A DNA stretch of 64,000 bases from an uncultured Gammaproteobacteria bacterium (GTDB lineage Bacteria; Patescibacteriota; Microgenomatia; Levybacterales; GWA1-39-11). The position numbers and the translations under genes are program-made. Location: positions 82,673-146,672 of the forward strand of contig CAZDED010000002.1 in the NCBI GenBank assembly GCA_964504535.1, in the 5' to 3' direction. Shown piece after piece: positions 47,730 through 57,700 of the stretch. The notes under the pieces are model-generated. The model had not been told where the DNA came from. It ran no database searches and saw only the letters and a program-made list of their open reading frames with translations. Within the stretch, counting starts at the first letter, position 1. Each line of letters begins with the position of its first letter.

Positions 47730-48978
47730 AATTTTAGAAGTTTTAAGACACCCCCTAATATCTGGTTCGTTCCTGCTTATTTCTGGAGGAATTTTAGCAA
47801 ACCTGTTTAGTTTTATATTTAATTTTTTTATGAGCAGGAACCTTCGGGTTGAGGATTATGGTACATTCGTAAGCTTGGTTTCGATAATAACGCTACTATC
47901 TATTCCGGCAGGTGCCCTTGCTCCAACAATAGTTACCCTTGCAGGCAATTTCTTTGCAGAAAAAAATCTCGGCATGGTGCATACCTTATATATTAAGATC
48001 ATAAAAATACTTGCCGTAATTTCATTATTTATTTTTATCCTTTTTACCGTATTTGCCGGTCAAGTATCTGCATTTTTCAATATAAAAGACGCAATCCTTA
48101 TGCCGTTAACTGCTGTAGCAATCATGTTTTCATATATATTTACAATCAATCTCTCATTTTTCCAAGCACGTTTATCATTTAAATTGCTTCCCTCTTTAAG
48201 TGTGGCTTCTTCATTCACAAAATTAGTATTTGGAATTATACTCGTGCTTACTGGATTTGGATTGGGTGGAGCAATAAGCTCTTATCTACTGTCATACATT
48301 ATCCCTATATTAATAGGATCCATTTTCCTACGATCAGTTCTTTTTCATAAATCCGATAAAAAGACACATATTACTTTTAAAGAATTGATCAATTTTGGTA
48401 TTCCCTCAGTTGTTATCATATTTTGTTTGAATTCCTTTATTAACACGGACATTCTTCTTGTTAAGCATTTGTTCTCTGAAAAAGATGCTGGGTTTTATGC
48501 AGGTCTTTCACTTGTAGGAAGAGTGGTTTTTTACATAACAGCCCCTGTTACAACAGTTATGTTCCCAATTATTATCAATAAATATAAAAGTAGTCAGCCA
48601 TATAAAAATATTCTCTATGGGGCTCTTGGTATTACGGGTGCTATTTCTATACTTGTAACTGCATTTTATTTTCTGTTTCCTAAGTTCACGATTCTTTTTT
48701 TCTTAAAGAAAACAGAATACCTATTCGTAGCTAACAATCTCGGTATGTTTGGAATATTTATTACGTTATATTCGTTAATGTCAGTCCTTGTGTATTATTT
48801 CTTGTCGGTAAAGCAAACAAAAATATTATATCTTCTTGTTGCGGGTGTTATTTCGCAGGCAGTTTTGATCTATCTTTTCCACGCAAATTTTTATGAAATT
48901 ATAACTATCTCATCACTTATCAGTTTCGTAGTTCTTATCGGTCTTGTCATTTATTATAAAATCCTCTCCGTTAAATAA
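47719..48978 (+). CDS. Wzx-type oligosaccharide flippase (MOP superfamily)
   Basis: 419 aa, ~12 TM helices. GSFLLISGGILANLFSFIFNFFMSRNL…YGTFVSLVS. Confidence 0.65.
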   Translation: MKSKILEVLRHPLISGSFLLISGGILANLFSFIFNFFMSRNLRVEDYGTFVSLVSIITLLSIPAGALAPTIVTLAGNFFAEKNLGMVHTLYIKIIKILAVISLFIFILFTVFAGQVSAFFNIKDAILMPLTAVAIMFSYIFTINLSFFQARLSFKLLPSLSVASSFTKLVFGIILVLTGFGLGGAISSYLLSYIIPILIGSIFLRSVLFHKSDKKTHITFKELINFGIPSVVIIFCLNSFINTDILLVKHLFSEKDAGFYAGLSLVGRVVFYITAPVTTVMFPIIINKYKSSQPYKNILYGALGITGAISILVTAFYFLFPKFTILFFLKKTEYLFVANNLGMFGIFITLYSLMSVLVYYFLSVKQTKILYLLVAGVISQAVLIYLFHANFYEIITISSLISFVVLIGLVIYYKILSVK

Positions 48979-49038
48979 TTACCTTTCAGTTTGGCATGGA
49001 AAATAGTAACCGTTTGGGTTAGAATAAGCCAAGTAAAA

Positions 49039-49875
49039 ATGAAATCCAAAAATCCTCAAGTGATCTCCTTAATTATTCCTGCTTACAAACAAGAAAAGAC
49101 AATTTATAAAGACATAACTAATTTAAAAAAAAGTTTGGATGACCTTAAGCAGCCGTATGAAATAATTGTTGTCATTGATGGAGTACTGGACAAGACGTAT
49201 CAGCAATTAAGAAAAATCAAAACAAAAAAGCTACGAGTCTTTAAATTTGATCAAAATCAGGGTAAAGGATCTGCTATAAAATTCGGAGTAGAAAATGCGA
49301 AAGGAGATATTATCGGTTTTATTGATGCTGGAATGGATATAGACCCAACCGGAATTGCTATGTTGATCAATCACATGCTTTGGTATGATGCTGATATTAT
49401 TGTCGGATCAAAATTGCATCCGGTGTCTCAAGTAAACTATCCCAGAGAACGAAAGATTTTGTCATGGGGTTATAGAACATTTACAAGATTACTGTTCGGT
49501 TTTAAAGTAAGAGACACTCAGGCTGGAATTAAATTTTACAGACGGAGAGTGGCACGTGATGTATTCCCCAGACTTCTGGTTAAAAAGTTTGCTTTTGACG
49601 TTGAGATATTGGCTTTATCATATGCTCTTGGTTATACGAGAATTTATGAAGCCCCGATTAAATTAAAATTTAGAGGAGTAAATTCCATTACATCTACAAA
49701 TCTTTGGAAAATTATTTTTCTTATGCTGTGGGATACGGCTGCGATATTTTATAGAGTTCGAATAATTAAGTTTTACAAACGCAGTAACCGGAAAAATTGG
49801 GAAGTGGAGAAGAGCTCAGTTAAAAAAATTTTACGCAAAAAACGTGTAGCCAAAATTGGTAAAATTAAAAAATGA
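49039..49875 (+). CDS. GT2 polyprenyl-phosphate glycosyltransferase (DPM1/GtrB-like)
   Basis: ISLIIPAYKQEKTI…IIVVIDGVLDKT…DAGMDID…DTQAGIKFY. The track's ORF begins at 48991; ATG 49039 (MKSKNPQV) was chosen. Confidence 0.7.
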   Translation: MKSKNPQVISLIIPAYKQEKTIYKDITNLKKSLDDLKQPYEIIVVIDGVLDKTYQQLRKIKTKKLRVFKFDQNQGKGSAIKFGVENAKGDIIGFIDAGMDIDPTGIAMLINHMLWYDADIIVGSKLHPVSQVNYPRERKILSWGYRTFTRLLFGFKVRDTQAGIKFYRRRVARDVFPRLLVKKFAFDVEILALSYALGYTRIYEAPIKLKFRGVNSITSTNLWKIIFLMLWDTAAIFYRVRIIKFYKRSNRKNWEVEKSSVKKILRKKRVAKIGKIKK

Positions 49876-50990
49876 AAGTTTTAGTCTTGAATTGGCGCGA
49901 TCCAAAACATCCCCTTGCCGGAGGGGCAGAGATTTCTTTATTGCACCACGTAACATACTGGAAAGAGAAGGGGTATGATGTTACATGGTTTGCTTCTGGT
50001 TTTGATGAAGCAAAGGCACAAGACAAAATTGATGGGATAAAGATTGTGAGAGCAGGAAGTCATTTTACAGTGTCTCTGTATTTCTTTGCTAAATGGTTAC
50101 GGGGTGATTTTAGAGATACCGACATTATTGTTGACTGTTTTCATTTTTTTCCATTTTTTACGCCGCTTTATATAAAGGATAAGCCAATAATTGCGTTGAT
50201 CAATGAAATTGCCGGCAACGTGTGGTTTGACAATCTCATGTATCCCTTGGCATTTATTGGTTTTAAAATTGAGCCCTACGTTATTCGTCTTTATAGAAAA
50301 ATTAATTTTATAACTGGATCTAAATCAGCCGCAGAGGATCTCCAAAGCGTTGGTATAAAAAAGCAAAAAATTGCTGTCATAAATCATGGTTTTAATCCTT
50401 TAATAGTTACAAAAAAATGGCCAAAAGAAAAAAATAAGACTGTACTTTTTCTTGGACGACTTGCAAAAGACAAGGGGATTGAGGACGCCCTTCTTATGTT
50501 GGAGCTTTTGATCCGAGATGACAATACAATACAGCTTTGGGTAGTGGGTAAATTTGAGAGTAAAAATTACGAGAAAAGATTAAAAAAATTAATAAATGAA
50601 TTCAAGGTAAAAAAGAACTGCACATTTTTTGGCTACGTTGATGAGGAGAAAAAAGCGGAGCTTCTGCAGCGGGCATGGTTGATGGCCCATCCGTCTGCCC
50701 GTGAAGGGTGGGGACTTAATGTTATTGAAGCGAATTCAGTCGGCACACCCGTAGTAGGTTATAACGTTCAGGGTCTTCGTGATTCAATTATAAACAACAA
50801 GACAGGTCTTTTAGTCGAGCCAGATGCCATAAGTCTTGCAGATGGAGTTGAAAAGGTGTTGGAAGACAAAAAATTACTAAAGAATTTTTCTATCGAGGCA
50901 AAAAAGTGGTCAAATACTTTCAGTTGGGAAAAATCCGGTCTTGAAAGTTTTGAGTTTATAAATGCAGTATATGCGAAGTTTAAAAAATAG
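49872..50990 (+). CDS. GT4 glycosyltransferase
   Basis: REGWGLNVIEANSVGTPVVGYNVQGLRDSI (E-x7-E). Confidence 0.75.
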   Translation: MKVLVLNWRDPKHPLAGGAEISLLHHVTYWKEKGYDVTWFASGFDEAKAQDKIDGIKIVRAGSHFTVSLYFFAKWLRGDFRDTDIIVDCFHFFPFFTPLYIKDKPIIALINEIAGNVWFDNLMYPLAFIGFKIEPYVIRLYRKINFITGSKSAAEDLQSVGIKKQKIAVINHGFNPLIVTKKWPKEKNKTVLFLGRLAKDKGIEDALLMLELLIRDDNTIQLWVVGKFESKNYEKRLKKLINEFKVKKNCTFFGYVDEEKKAELLQRAWLMAHPSAREGWGLNVIEANSVGTPVVGYNVQGLRDSIINNKTGLLVEPDAISLADGVEKVLEDKKLLKNFSIEAKKWSNTFSWEKSGLESFEFINAVYAKFKK

Positions 50991-51029
50991 CCAAATTTAC
51001 AATAATTACTGATATAATTTGAAAATCTT

Positions 51030-52187
51030 ATGAAAAAATATATTCATTTTGCACAACCACTTTTCGGAAGTGAAGAGAAAAAAGAGGTAATAAAAGCGAT
51101 GGATTCGGGTTGGGTAACATTGGGTCCAGGAACCCGTGAATTTGAAGAGCAATTCGCAAAATATACGGGTGCTAAATATGCAGTTGGTCTCAGCTCCTGT
51201 ACGGCTGCTCTTCACCTAGCTCTCATCGCAGCAGGAGTTGGTAGGGGAGATGAGGTAATAACCACTATTTTTACATTTGCAGCATCTATCAACCCCGTTC
51301 TTATTCTTGGTGGAAAACCTGTACTTGTTGATATTGATGAAAAAACTATGAATATTGATGAGAAGTTGATTGAGGCAAAAATAACAAAAAAAACCAAGGT
51401 TATTATGCCTATGCACTATGGTGGATACCCCTGCAATATGGATGCAATTAAAAAAATCGCGAAAAAACACAAATTGATCATAATCGAAGATGCGGCAACG
51501 GCAATTGGGACATCCTACAAGGATAAGAAGGTGGGAAATATCGGGGATATGACCTGTTTTTCTTTCCATCCCATTAAGAATATGTCCACAGGCGATGGTG
51601 GAATGGTGACCACTAACAATAAATTATTTGCAGAAAGAATTATGCTTTTAAGACTTCACGGGATGAGTAAAGAAGCATGGAAGAGGCATACTGCTGCCGG
51701 CTCATGGAAGTATGATATTGTTGAGCCTGGTTTTAAATACAATATGACTGACATTCAGGCTGCTCTTGGGAGAGTACAGCTTAAAAGATTGGATGGATTT
51801 ATAAAAATTAGAAAACAGTACGCGAAGATCTTTGATAGTGAGTTGTCGAAAATACCTGAAATAACTGTTCCTATTCATTCTAAGGATTCTGGTACAGCCT
51901 ACAATTTATATACAATAAGAATTGACACCAAAAATTTAACGGTAACTAGAGATGAAATAGTTGAATTACTAAAGCAAGAACAGATAGGGGTTAGTGTGTA
52001 TTACATCCCACTTTACGAATTTAGTTACTTTCAAAAGCACTTAAAACTTAAAAGTTCAGATTATCCACACGCAAGCGCTGTATATCAGAACATGATGTCT
52101 CTTCCTCTTTATCCCAAGATGACTCTGAAGGATGTTAACAGGGTGATAAACACGCTTTCAAAAATTATTATAAAACACCGCAAATGA
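51030..52187 (+). CDS. DegT/DnrJ/EryC1/StrS-family PLP-dependent sugar aminotransferase (WecE/ArnB/PglE-like)
   Basis: FGSEEKKEVIKAMDSGWVTLGP…SSCTAALHLAL. PLP-lysine region SFHPIKNMSTGDGGMV. 385 aa. Confidence 0.8.
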   Translation: MKKYIHFAQPLFGSEEKKEVIKAMDSGWVTLGPGTREFEEQFAKYTGAKYAVGLSSCTAALHLALIAAGVGRGDEVITTIFTFAASINPVLILGGKPVLVDIDEKTMNIDEKLIEAKITKKTKVIMPMHYGGYPCNMDAIKKIAKKHKLIIIEDAATAIGTSYKDKKVGNIGDMTCFSFHPIKNMSTGDGGMVTTNNKLFAERIMLLRLHGMSKEAWKRHTAAGSWKYDIVEPGFKYNMTDIQAALGRVQLKRLDGFIKIRKQYAKIFDSELSKIPEITVPIHSKDSGTAYNLYTIRIDTKNLTVTRDEIVELLKQEQIGVSVYYIPLYEFSYFQKHLKLKSSDYPHASAVYQNMMSLPLYPKMTLKDVNRVINTLSKIIIKHRK

Positions 52188-52900
52188 ATCCAAAATTCTC
52201 CTGGAAGATTGATACATTCGATTCTGATATCTTAGGTTTTTCTTGTGCAAAGATACAGTGTTTGAGTAGCGGAGGTTTGGATATTTCAGAACTAATAACT
52301 GACTTGGTCAAAAAGAAAGTTAAGTACGCGGTCATCAGAATCCCAGGAAGTGACTATCAAACAGCGCAACTTCTTGAGCGTAATTCCTTTCGGATTGTCG
52401 ATAGTTTAGTTGAAATGAGTTTAAATCTAAGTGGTGCAATCATAGAGTCGGTTGAAAACGTTAGGGTAGCCAAAGTTAGTGATAGTGAAGACATCGAAAA
52501 GCTTTCTTCAGATTCGTTTCAGGACACTCGCTTTTTTCATGACGATGGGATTTCGAAAACTTCCGCAAAAAAGATTTATTCTGAGTGGGCAAGAAATTCA
52601 TTATTGGGAAAAGCCGCAGACAAAGTTATTGTTTGGGAGCAGAATGGCACCATAGAGGGGTTTGCTACTATCCAAAAAAGTGGGCACATACCTCTTATTG
52701 CGGTTGCAAAAAGTGCGCAAGGCAAAGGAGTTGGTAAGGCACTTTGCAGGGCTTCTATAAATGTTTGCAAAGAATTTGGAGCGACTAACGCTGCCATTGA
52801 AACACAAACCAATAATATACCTGCCATGCGTGCATACATTTCTGCTGGGTTAAAAATAATAAATTCTTATTTCACCTTTTCGTGGCATGCTAAATCTTAA
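52184..52900 (+). CDS. GNAT-family N-acetyltransferase, WecD/RffC-like (amino-sugar N-acylation)
   Basis: IPLIAVAKSAQGKGVGKALC…ETQTNNIPAMRAYISAGLKI. Translationally coupled (ATGA) to the upstream aminotransferase. Confidence 0.6.
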   Translation: MNPKFSWKIDTFDSDILGFSCAKIQCLSSGGLDISELITDLVKKKVKYAVIRIPGSDYQTAQLLERNSFRIVDSLVEMSLNLSGAIIESVENVRVAKVSDSEDIEKLSSDSFQDTRFFHDDGISKTSAKKIYSEWARNSLLGKAADKVIVWEQNGTIEGFATIQKSGHIPLIAVAKSAQGKGVGKALCRASINVCKEFGATNAAIETQTNNIPAMRAYISAGLKIINSYFTFSWHAKS

Positions 52901-54380
52901 TATAATTCTAATAAGTGTAATCGTACCTGTTATAGCCTTTTTCTTTGAGTCATACCCGCGTTTTTTTAACAGAAAATTTGGGGTAGATATATGGACTCAC
53001 CTTTTATATCTGAAGGAGTATCACAAGCAAAAAGGGGTACCAAAAGTTATTGATAAAGGATTTCTTGTACCCGGTGAATATGATTATCCACCGGTATTTA
53101 TCACAATTCTTTCAAAATTTCCAATTAAATTAGTTGAGAAGTATGAATTTTTCTTCTCCCCCTTTTTTGATTCTCTCCATTTGATTCTAATGTTTTTTAT
53201 TGCATATCATCTGTCGGGAGATTTTATTGTAGCCATCCTAACACAGATCTTATACCTACTGACACCAATAATAGTCCTTGAGAATTCAAGTGCCACTCCA
53301 CGGTCACTGGGCTACACATTGTTTACAATATTTATCTTTTCACTTTTTATGTTTGCACAAACAAATCTCGTTCTTTTTTTTGTAATCTCGCTCATTGCCG
53401 GGGTATTTATATTTTTATCTCATAGATTCACCGCTCAAGGTGCATTATTTTTTGTTCTTTTCTTCTCAATTAACGAAAATAACAGCATCTATGTCGTTTC
53501 TTATCTTGTTTCATTTTCACTCGCTCTCATATTTACAAACGGATTGTATTTGAGAGTACTTAGGGGACATATTGGTAATTTAAAATTTTGGTACAACCAG
53601 ATAGATTATCGTTTTTCGCACCAAATTCTTGGAAACTATAAAAAACATAAAACGCAAGACTTTGTTTTTAAGCTTTACAATCAATTTTTAAAATTTCCCC
53701 CCTTTGTTCTTGCAATAACCAATCCATGGACGTTGCCTGTCGTATTCTACCTTTGGAACATGCACCAACTTACTCCATTATTGCGACAAACCCTTGAATT
53801 AGTTATTCTTTCATATATTATTTCTCTCCTTGTTATATGGGTTCCTAAGTTGAGGTTTTTAGGTGAAGGACAGCGTTATCTCGAGTTAACTGCTTTTCCT
53901 ACTGCATTTCTGTCAGCGAAACTTCTAATTTATATGTTGGGCACTAGTTACTCAAATTTGTTTGTCGTTATTTATCTAGGAGCTGCTGTGCTTGCTCTTG
54001 TTACAATAATTGTGATCCAAAGGAAAGCAATAATTAAAGACACTCTGCGAACACTTACTCCTGAGATGGAATCAATGTTTGGTTATTTAAAATCATTAAA
54101 GAACAAGCCGCATCTTTTATGTATTCCTCATCAAATAACAACAAACACAATTTATCATACTGGGTGCCCTGTTTTTGTAAATGCTGATTATAGGAATATT
54201 GAAAAAATCTCAGAGATATATCCATTTCTAAAAATACCTGTCAGTAAGGCTTTGAAAAAATATTCGCTTGATGCAATTCTTCTAAATGAAAAATATGTAT
54301 CAGTAAAAGACTTGAAAATAAAAAATTACAAAGAAGTCAAAAGATTTGGAACGTTTGTTCTTCTAAAGCTTAATAAGTAA
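52887..54380 (+). CDS. Family E polytopic membrane protein (uncharacterised; 497 aa)
   Basis: YPRFFNRKFGVDIWTHLL…TPRSLGY…GEGQRYLE…CIPHQITT. Paralogue of the convergent gene 54363..55850. Confidence 0.5.
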   Translation: MLNLNIILISVIVPVIAFFFESYPRFFNRKFGVDIWTHLLYLKEYHKQKGVPKVIDKGFLVPGEYDYPPVFITILSKFPIKLVEKYEFFFSPFFDSLHLILMFFIAYHLSGDFIVAILTQILYLLTPIIVLENSSATPRSLGYTLFTIFIFSLFMFAQTNLVLFFVISLIAGVFIFLSHRFTAQGALFFVLFFSINENNSIYVVSYLVSFSLALIFTNGLYLRVLRGHIGNLKFWYNQIDYRFSHQILGNYKKHKTQDFVFKLYNQFLKFPPFVLAITNPWTLPVVFYLWNMHQLTPLLRQTLELVILSYIISLLVIWVPKLRFLGEGQRYLELTAFPTAFLSAKLLIYMLGTSYSNLFVVIYLGAAVLALVTIIVIQRKAIIKDTLRTLTPEMESMFGYLKSLKNKPHLLCIPHQITTNTIYHTGCPVFVNADYRNIEKISEIYPFLKIPVSKALKKYSLDAILLNEKYVSVKDLKIKNYKEVKRFGTFVLLKLNK

Positions 54381-55850
54381 CATACCATTTAAGTTGTAAA
54401 CTACTTTTGCTTTTTTAAGTTTCAGTTCTTCAAGTTTTGCAAACGACTCTTTCAATATAAGGTAATCGAGCTTGTATTTAGACTTTAATTCCTCAATTGA
54501 CAGTTTTAGTACTGGATAAAACTGCATTATCTCCATAAGACCCTTGTTGTCTGCATTAACGAGTATTTCAGCCTTTGTGTGGTATACAGTCATTGTTGTT
54601 ATTTGGTGGGGAATACAAATTATTCGAGGTTTTCCGGGGATTTTATTGATGAATGTAAATAAATCCAGCAATTCGGTTGTTAACGACCGATTTTTGTCTT
54701 TTATTATTCCTTTGATTTGGATGAACAATATCATGCCAAGATTTCCCAAAGCAACAACTGCAAATCCAATAATTGCAATTATTCCGTATGAATCATAGAA
54801 ATGGAATAGCAATACGGAGCTCAGTATTGATACGGGAACTGTCGCCATTTCCAAGTATCGTTGCCCCTCACCAATTGGAACAAGAATCTTAACCCTCAAA
54901 ATTATTGCTCCCAGCGCATAAAAGAAAATTACCCACAGTGACATGAAATAAAACATACTGTTTTGAATCTCAAGACTTGTTCCGGTCAGGAAGTAATAAA
55001 AATAGATAAATGCAGAAATAACCCAAACGTCTGTCATAAGCAAGAAGATGGGCGAAAATTCCGAAAGTAAAAAATATATTGTCCCAACCCAATCCAATTT
55101 CTTCCTTGAGGTCAGCCCATGTAGCTGGTGAGAAAATCGATATCTATAATTTTTTGTCCAAAAGTATATGTTGTATAGATGTCCGGTAGCGACCCGTAAG
55201 TAGTACCCCTTGGTTAGAATAGTTGCTAGGCTAAATCCTATGACTGGTACTGCGAGAAATATTAAAGAACCCGTAACTGTAGCAAAAAAGAAACATATAA
55301 ATATGAATGATTGAAGGGCAAATCTATGTGTAAGAAAAAGGATAGTTGTAAAAGTAACTGACAGCAGGATATAAATTAGCTCTGAAGAATTGTAAAACAA
55401 TAAAAGGGGGTAGAAGGAAAGAGTGAACATCAGGTATCCAAGCGACCGAGGAGTAAGGTAACTATTTTCCACAGGAATCATAGGAATCAATGTATATACA
55501 GCCTGCGAAACAAACGCTATCTGAACTGAGTGAGTAAGACTGAATGCAATGTAAAACAACAATATATTCTGAAGGGCATCAAAAAAAGGCGACACAAATC
55601 CTTGATATTTTAGTAGAGCTTTCTTTGGAAAAAAGGAAAAAAGCCACGGAAATAAAATTGGATAATCGAATTTCCCATCAATTATAAATCCTCTTTGTAT
55701 TTTCCCAGGTATTTTGTGACTGGATTTTTTGACATGATCAATCTCGAGAAGTCGTGTCCAAACATCGACGCCAAAATATCTGTTAAAAAATCTTGGGTAG
55801 GTTTGCAATATATAACTCAGAACAGGAATAATAAAAGCCGTGACAATCAT
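54363..55850 (-). CDS. Family E polytopic membrane protein (inverted paralogue of 52887..54380)
   Basis: Same motifs (YPRFFNRYFGVDVWTRLL, TPRSLGY, GEGQRYLE, CIPHQITT). 3' ends overlap by 18 nt. The track's ORF begins at a TTG at 55856; ATG 55850 was chosen. Confidence 0.5.
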   Translation of the reverse strand: MIVTAFIIPVLSYILQTYPRFFNRYFGVDVWTRLLEIDHVKKSSHKIPGKIQRGFIIDGKFDYPILFPWLFSFFPKKALLKYQGFVSPFFDALQNILLFYIAFSLTHSVQIAFVSQAVYTLIPMIPVENSYLTPRSLGYLMFTLSFYPLLLFYNSSELIYILLSVTFTTILFLTHRFALQSFIFICFFFATVTGSLIFLAVPVIGFSLATILTKGYYLRVATGHLYNIYFWTKNYRYRFSHQLHGLTSRKKLDWVGTIYFLLSEFSPIFLLMTDVWVISAFIYFYYFLTGTSLEIQNSMFYFMSLWVIFFYALGAIILRVKILVPIGEGQRYLEMATVPVSILSSVLLFHFYDSYGIIAIIGFAVVALGNLGMILFIQIKGIIKDKNRSLTTELLDLFTFINKIPGKPRIICIPHQITTMTVYHTKAEILVNADNKGLMEIMQFYPVLKLSIEELKSKYKLDYLILKESFAKLEELKLKKAKVVYNLNGMLLIKL

Positions 55851-55910
55851 TGACAATAACCGATAATAGCATATTTACAATCTAAATAAAAATGAGTAAT
55901 ATCTATTATC

Positions 55911-56693
55911 ATGAAATTGACAGGTCGCAAATATCCATATTATTTCGAGGGAGAAATAAAGCCCAATAATTCAAAAATTGTAGAATCGGGCGTCAAAGAA
56001 ATCATAAAAGCTTCAAAAAAATATCTGGGAAAAGATCCTGAAGAGATATCAGTTCTGGATGTAGGGTCCGGGCGTGGTGATTTTTCTATTCAAATGGCAA
56101 AGGTTTTCAAAAGTGTGGTTGCTATAGAGCCATATAAAGATGCATATGAATATGCAATGAAAAACTCTCCAAAGCAACTAAAAAATATCATATTTAAGAA
56201 TTCGTCAATAGAAATGTTTGAATCAAAGAATAAATACGATCTGATAGTAGCATTAACAATATTTGAGCATCTTAAAAATCAAAAAAAAGCTTTCAATCAG
56301 ATGTTCTCGTTATTAAAAGAGGGCGGTATCATATATATCACTGCGCCAAATAAGTATTGGCCTGTCGAGCAGCATTATGGTTTGCCCTTCCTTGCATGGT
56401 TGCCACTTCCACTGGCCAATTTCTATCTTAAATTATTTAGGGGAGTTTCTTCATACGAAGATAGTTCTTACTCTAGAGGATATTACTGGACAAGAAAATT
56501 TTTCGACAAATACCCATGCACATATGAATTTATTTTGCCATTTAACACAAAAGGTGCTTACATTGGTTACGGAAAGAAGGGGTTTTATTCAGTGATAAAG
56601 GACTTTGGAATAAAGCTAATTTCAAGTAACCCGAATTTTTGGGCAATTTCTAAAGGCTTTATTATTGTCGTTAAGAAAACATCGAAAAAGTAG
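55911..56693 (+). CDS. Class I SAM-dependent methyltransferase
   Basis: Motif I VLDVGSGRGDFS, post-I acidic residue, motif II DLIVAL. 260 aa. Confidence 0.65.
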   Translation: MKLTGRKYPYYFEGEIKPNNSKIVESGVKEIIKASKKYLGKDPEEISVLDVGSGRGDFSIQMAKVFKSVVAIEPYKDAYEYAMKNSPKQLKNIIFKNSSIEMFESKNKYDLIVALTIFEHLKNQKKAFNQMFSLLKEGGIIYITAPNKYWPVEQHYGLPFLAWLPLPLANFYLKLFRGVSSYEDSSYSRGYYWTRKFFDKYPCTYEFILPFNTKGAYIGYGKKGFYSVIKDFGIKLISSNPNFWAISKGFIIVVKKTSKK

Positions 56694-56696
56694 ATA

Positions 56697-57656
56697 TTAA
56701 TAAGCGTCTTTAACCCACCCGTGTTTTTTTACTAGTTTTAAAATTTCCTTTATTCCGTCTTCGATATTATATTTCGGATCAAATCCTAAAAATTTTCTTG
56801 CTTTAGAAATGTCTAGTGCGCCTCTGAATACCTGCTGTACCGAAGGCTCTCTCACTTCATAAGTGAATTTTGGAAAATATTCTTTTAGTACTTCAGCAAA
56901 ATCACTTGCTGCTCTTGGCTCACCTCTGGAAATATTAAATGTTTGATACATTGCGCTTGGTGACTCTACGCACAATACAAATCCGTCAGTAACATCTTCA
57001 ATATATGAAAGATCTAGGGTTTCACCCTGTACAACCCATGCTGGTTTTTTCGTGAGTGCAGCATCTAAAAGTAATTGAGTCACTCTGTTTGCGGCATCCG
57101 CGTATCCATAGACTGATGTGGGGCGAACGATGACCCACTCTTTTTTTGATAATTTTACGAAGTATTCACCAGCTGCCTTTGTTGCCCCATATGAGTTGAT
57201 GGGGTTTAGAATTACATCCTCAGGTTGCGGATTTAGAGTAAAATGACCATAAGTCATACTTGAAGATGTATAAACGATTCTTTTGCAGGATGGAGACTTT
57301 TCAAATTCCTCCAAAACATTTAGTGTTCCATACATATTGACAGGAATCATCTGAGCTTCATACTGTGGAAGTGGTCTTGCCATAGGTAGACCTGCAAGAT
57401 GGACAACAACTTCCGGGTTAAATTTTTCAAAAGCTTGAGAAAGAGCCTCTTTGTCTCTAACATCTGCATCAAAAAATTTCTTTGGGGTATGAGGGAATAA
57501 TAGCTTTCTGTGCTTGACTGCAGCCTTCGAGTATTTCGGTTTATCGATAAAACTTAGTGTTGAATCGTAAACAGCAACATCGTGTTTATTTTTGATGAGT
57601 TTCTCAACCAAACTTGTTCCAATGAAGCCATTTCCACCAGTCACTAAAATTTTCAT
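56697..57656 (-). CDS. NAD-dependent epimerase/dehydratase (SDR) family protein (candidate NDP-sugar 4,6-dehydratase, 4-epimerase or decarboxylase)
   Basis: MKILVTGGNGFIGTSLV and YGATKAAGE (YxxxK). Start set at ATG 57656, because the track's start at 57707 would overlap the divergent gene at 57701. Confidence 0.7.
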   Translation of the reverse strand: MKILVTGGNGFIGTSLVEKLIKNKHDVAVYDSTLSFIDKPKYSKAAVKHRKLLFPHTPKKFFDADVRDKEALSQAFEKFNPEVVVHLAGLPMARPLPQYEAQMIPVNMYGTLNVLEEFEKSPSCKRIVYTSSSMTYGHFTLNPQPEDVILNPINSYGATKAAGEYFVKLSKKEWVIVRPTSVYGYADAANRVTQLLLDAALTKKPAWVVQGETLDLSYIEDVTDGFVLCVESPSAMYQTFNISRGEPRAASDFAEVLKEYFPKFTYEVREPSVQQVFRGALDISKARKFLGFDPKYNIEDGIKEILKLVKKHGWVKDAY

Positions 57657-57700
57657 ACTTGAGAGTGTAATCCTTTCATGTACAATAATCAATATTATAT

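Noticed and set aside
51216-51569. 117-aa and 61-aa minus-strand ORFs inside the aminotransferase gene
   Set aside because: Cys-rich shadow ORFs antisense to a strongly supported DegT-family gene.
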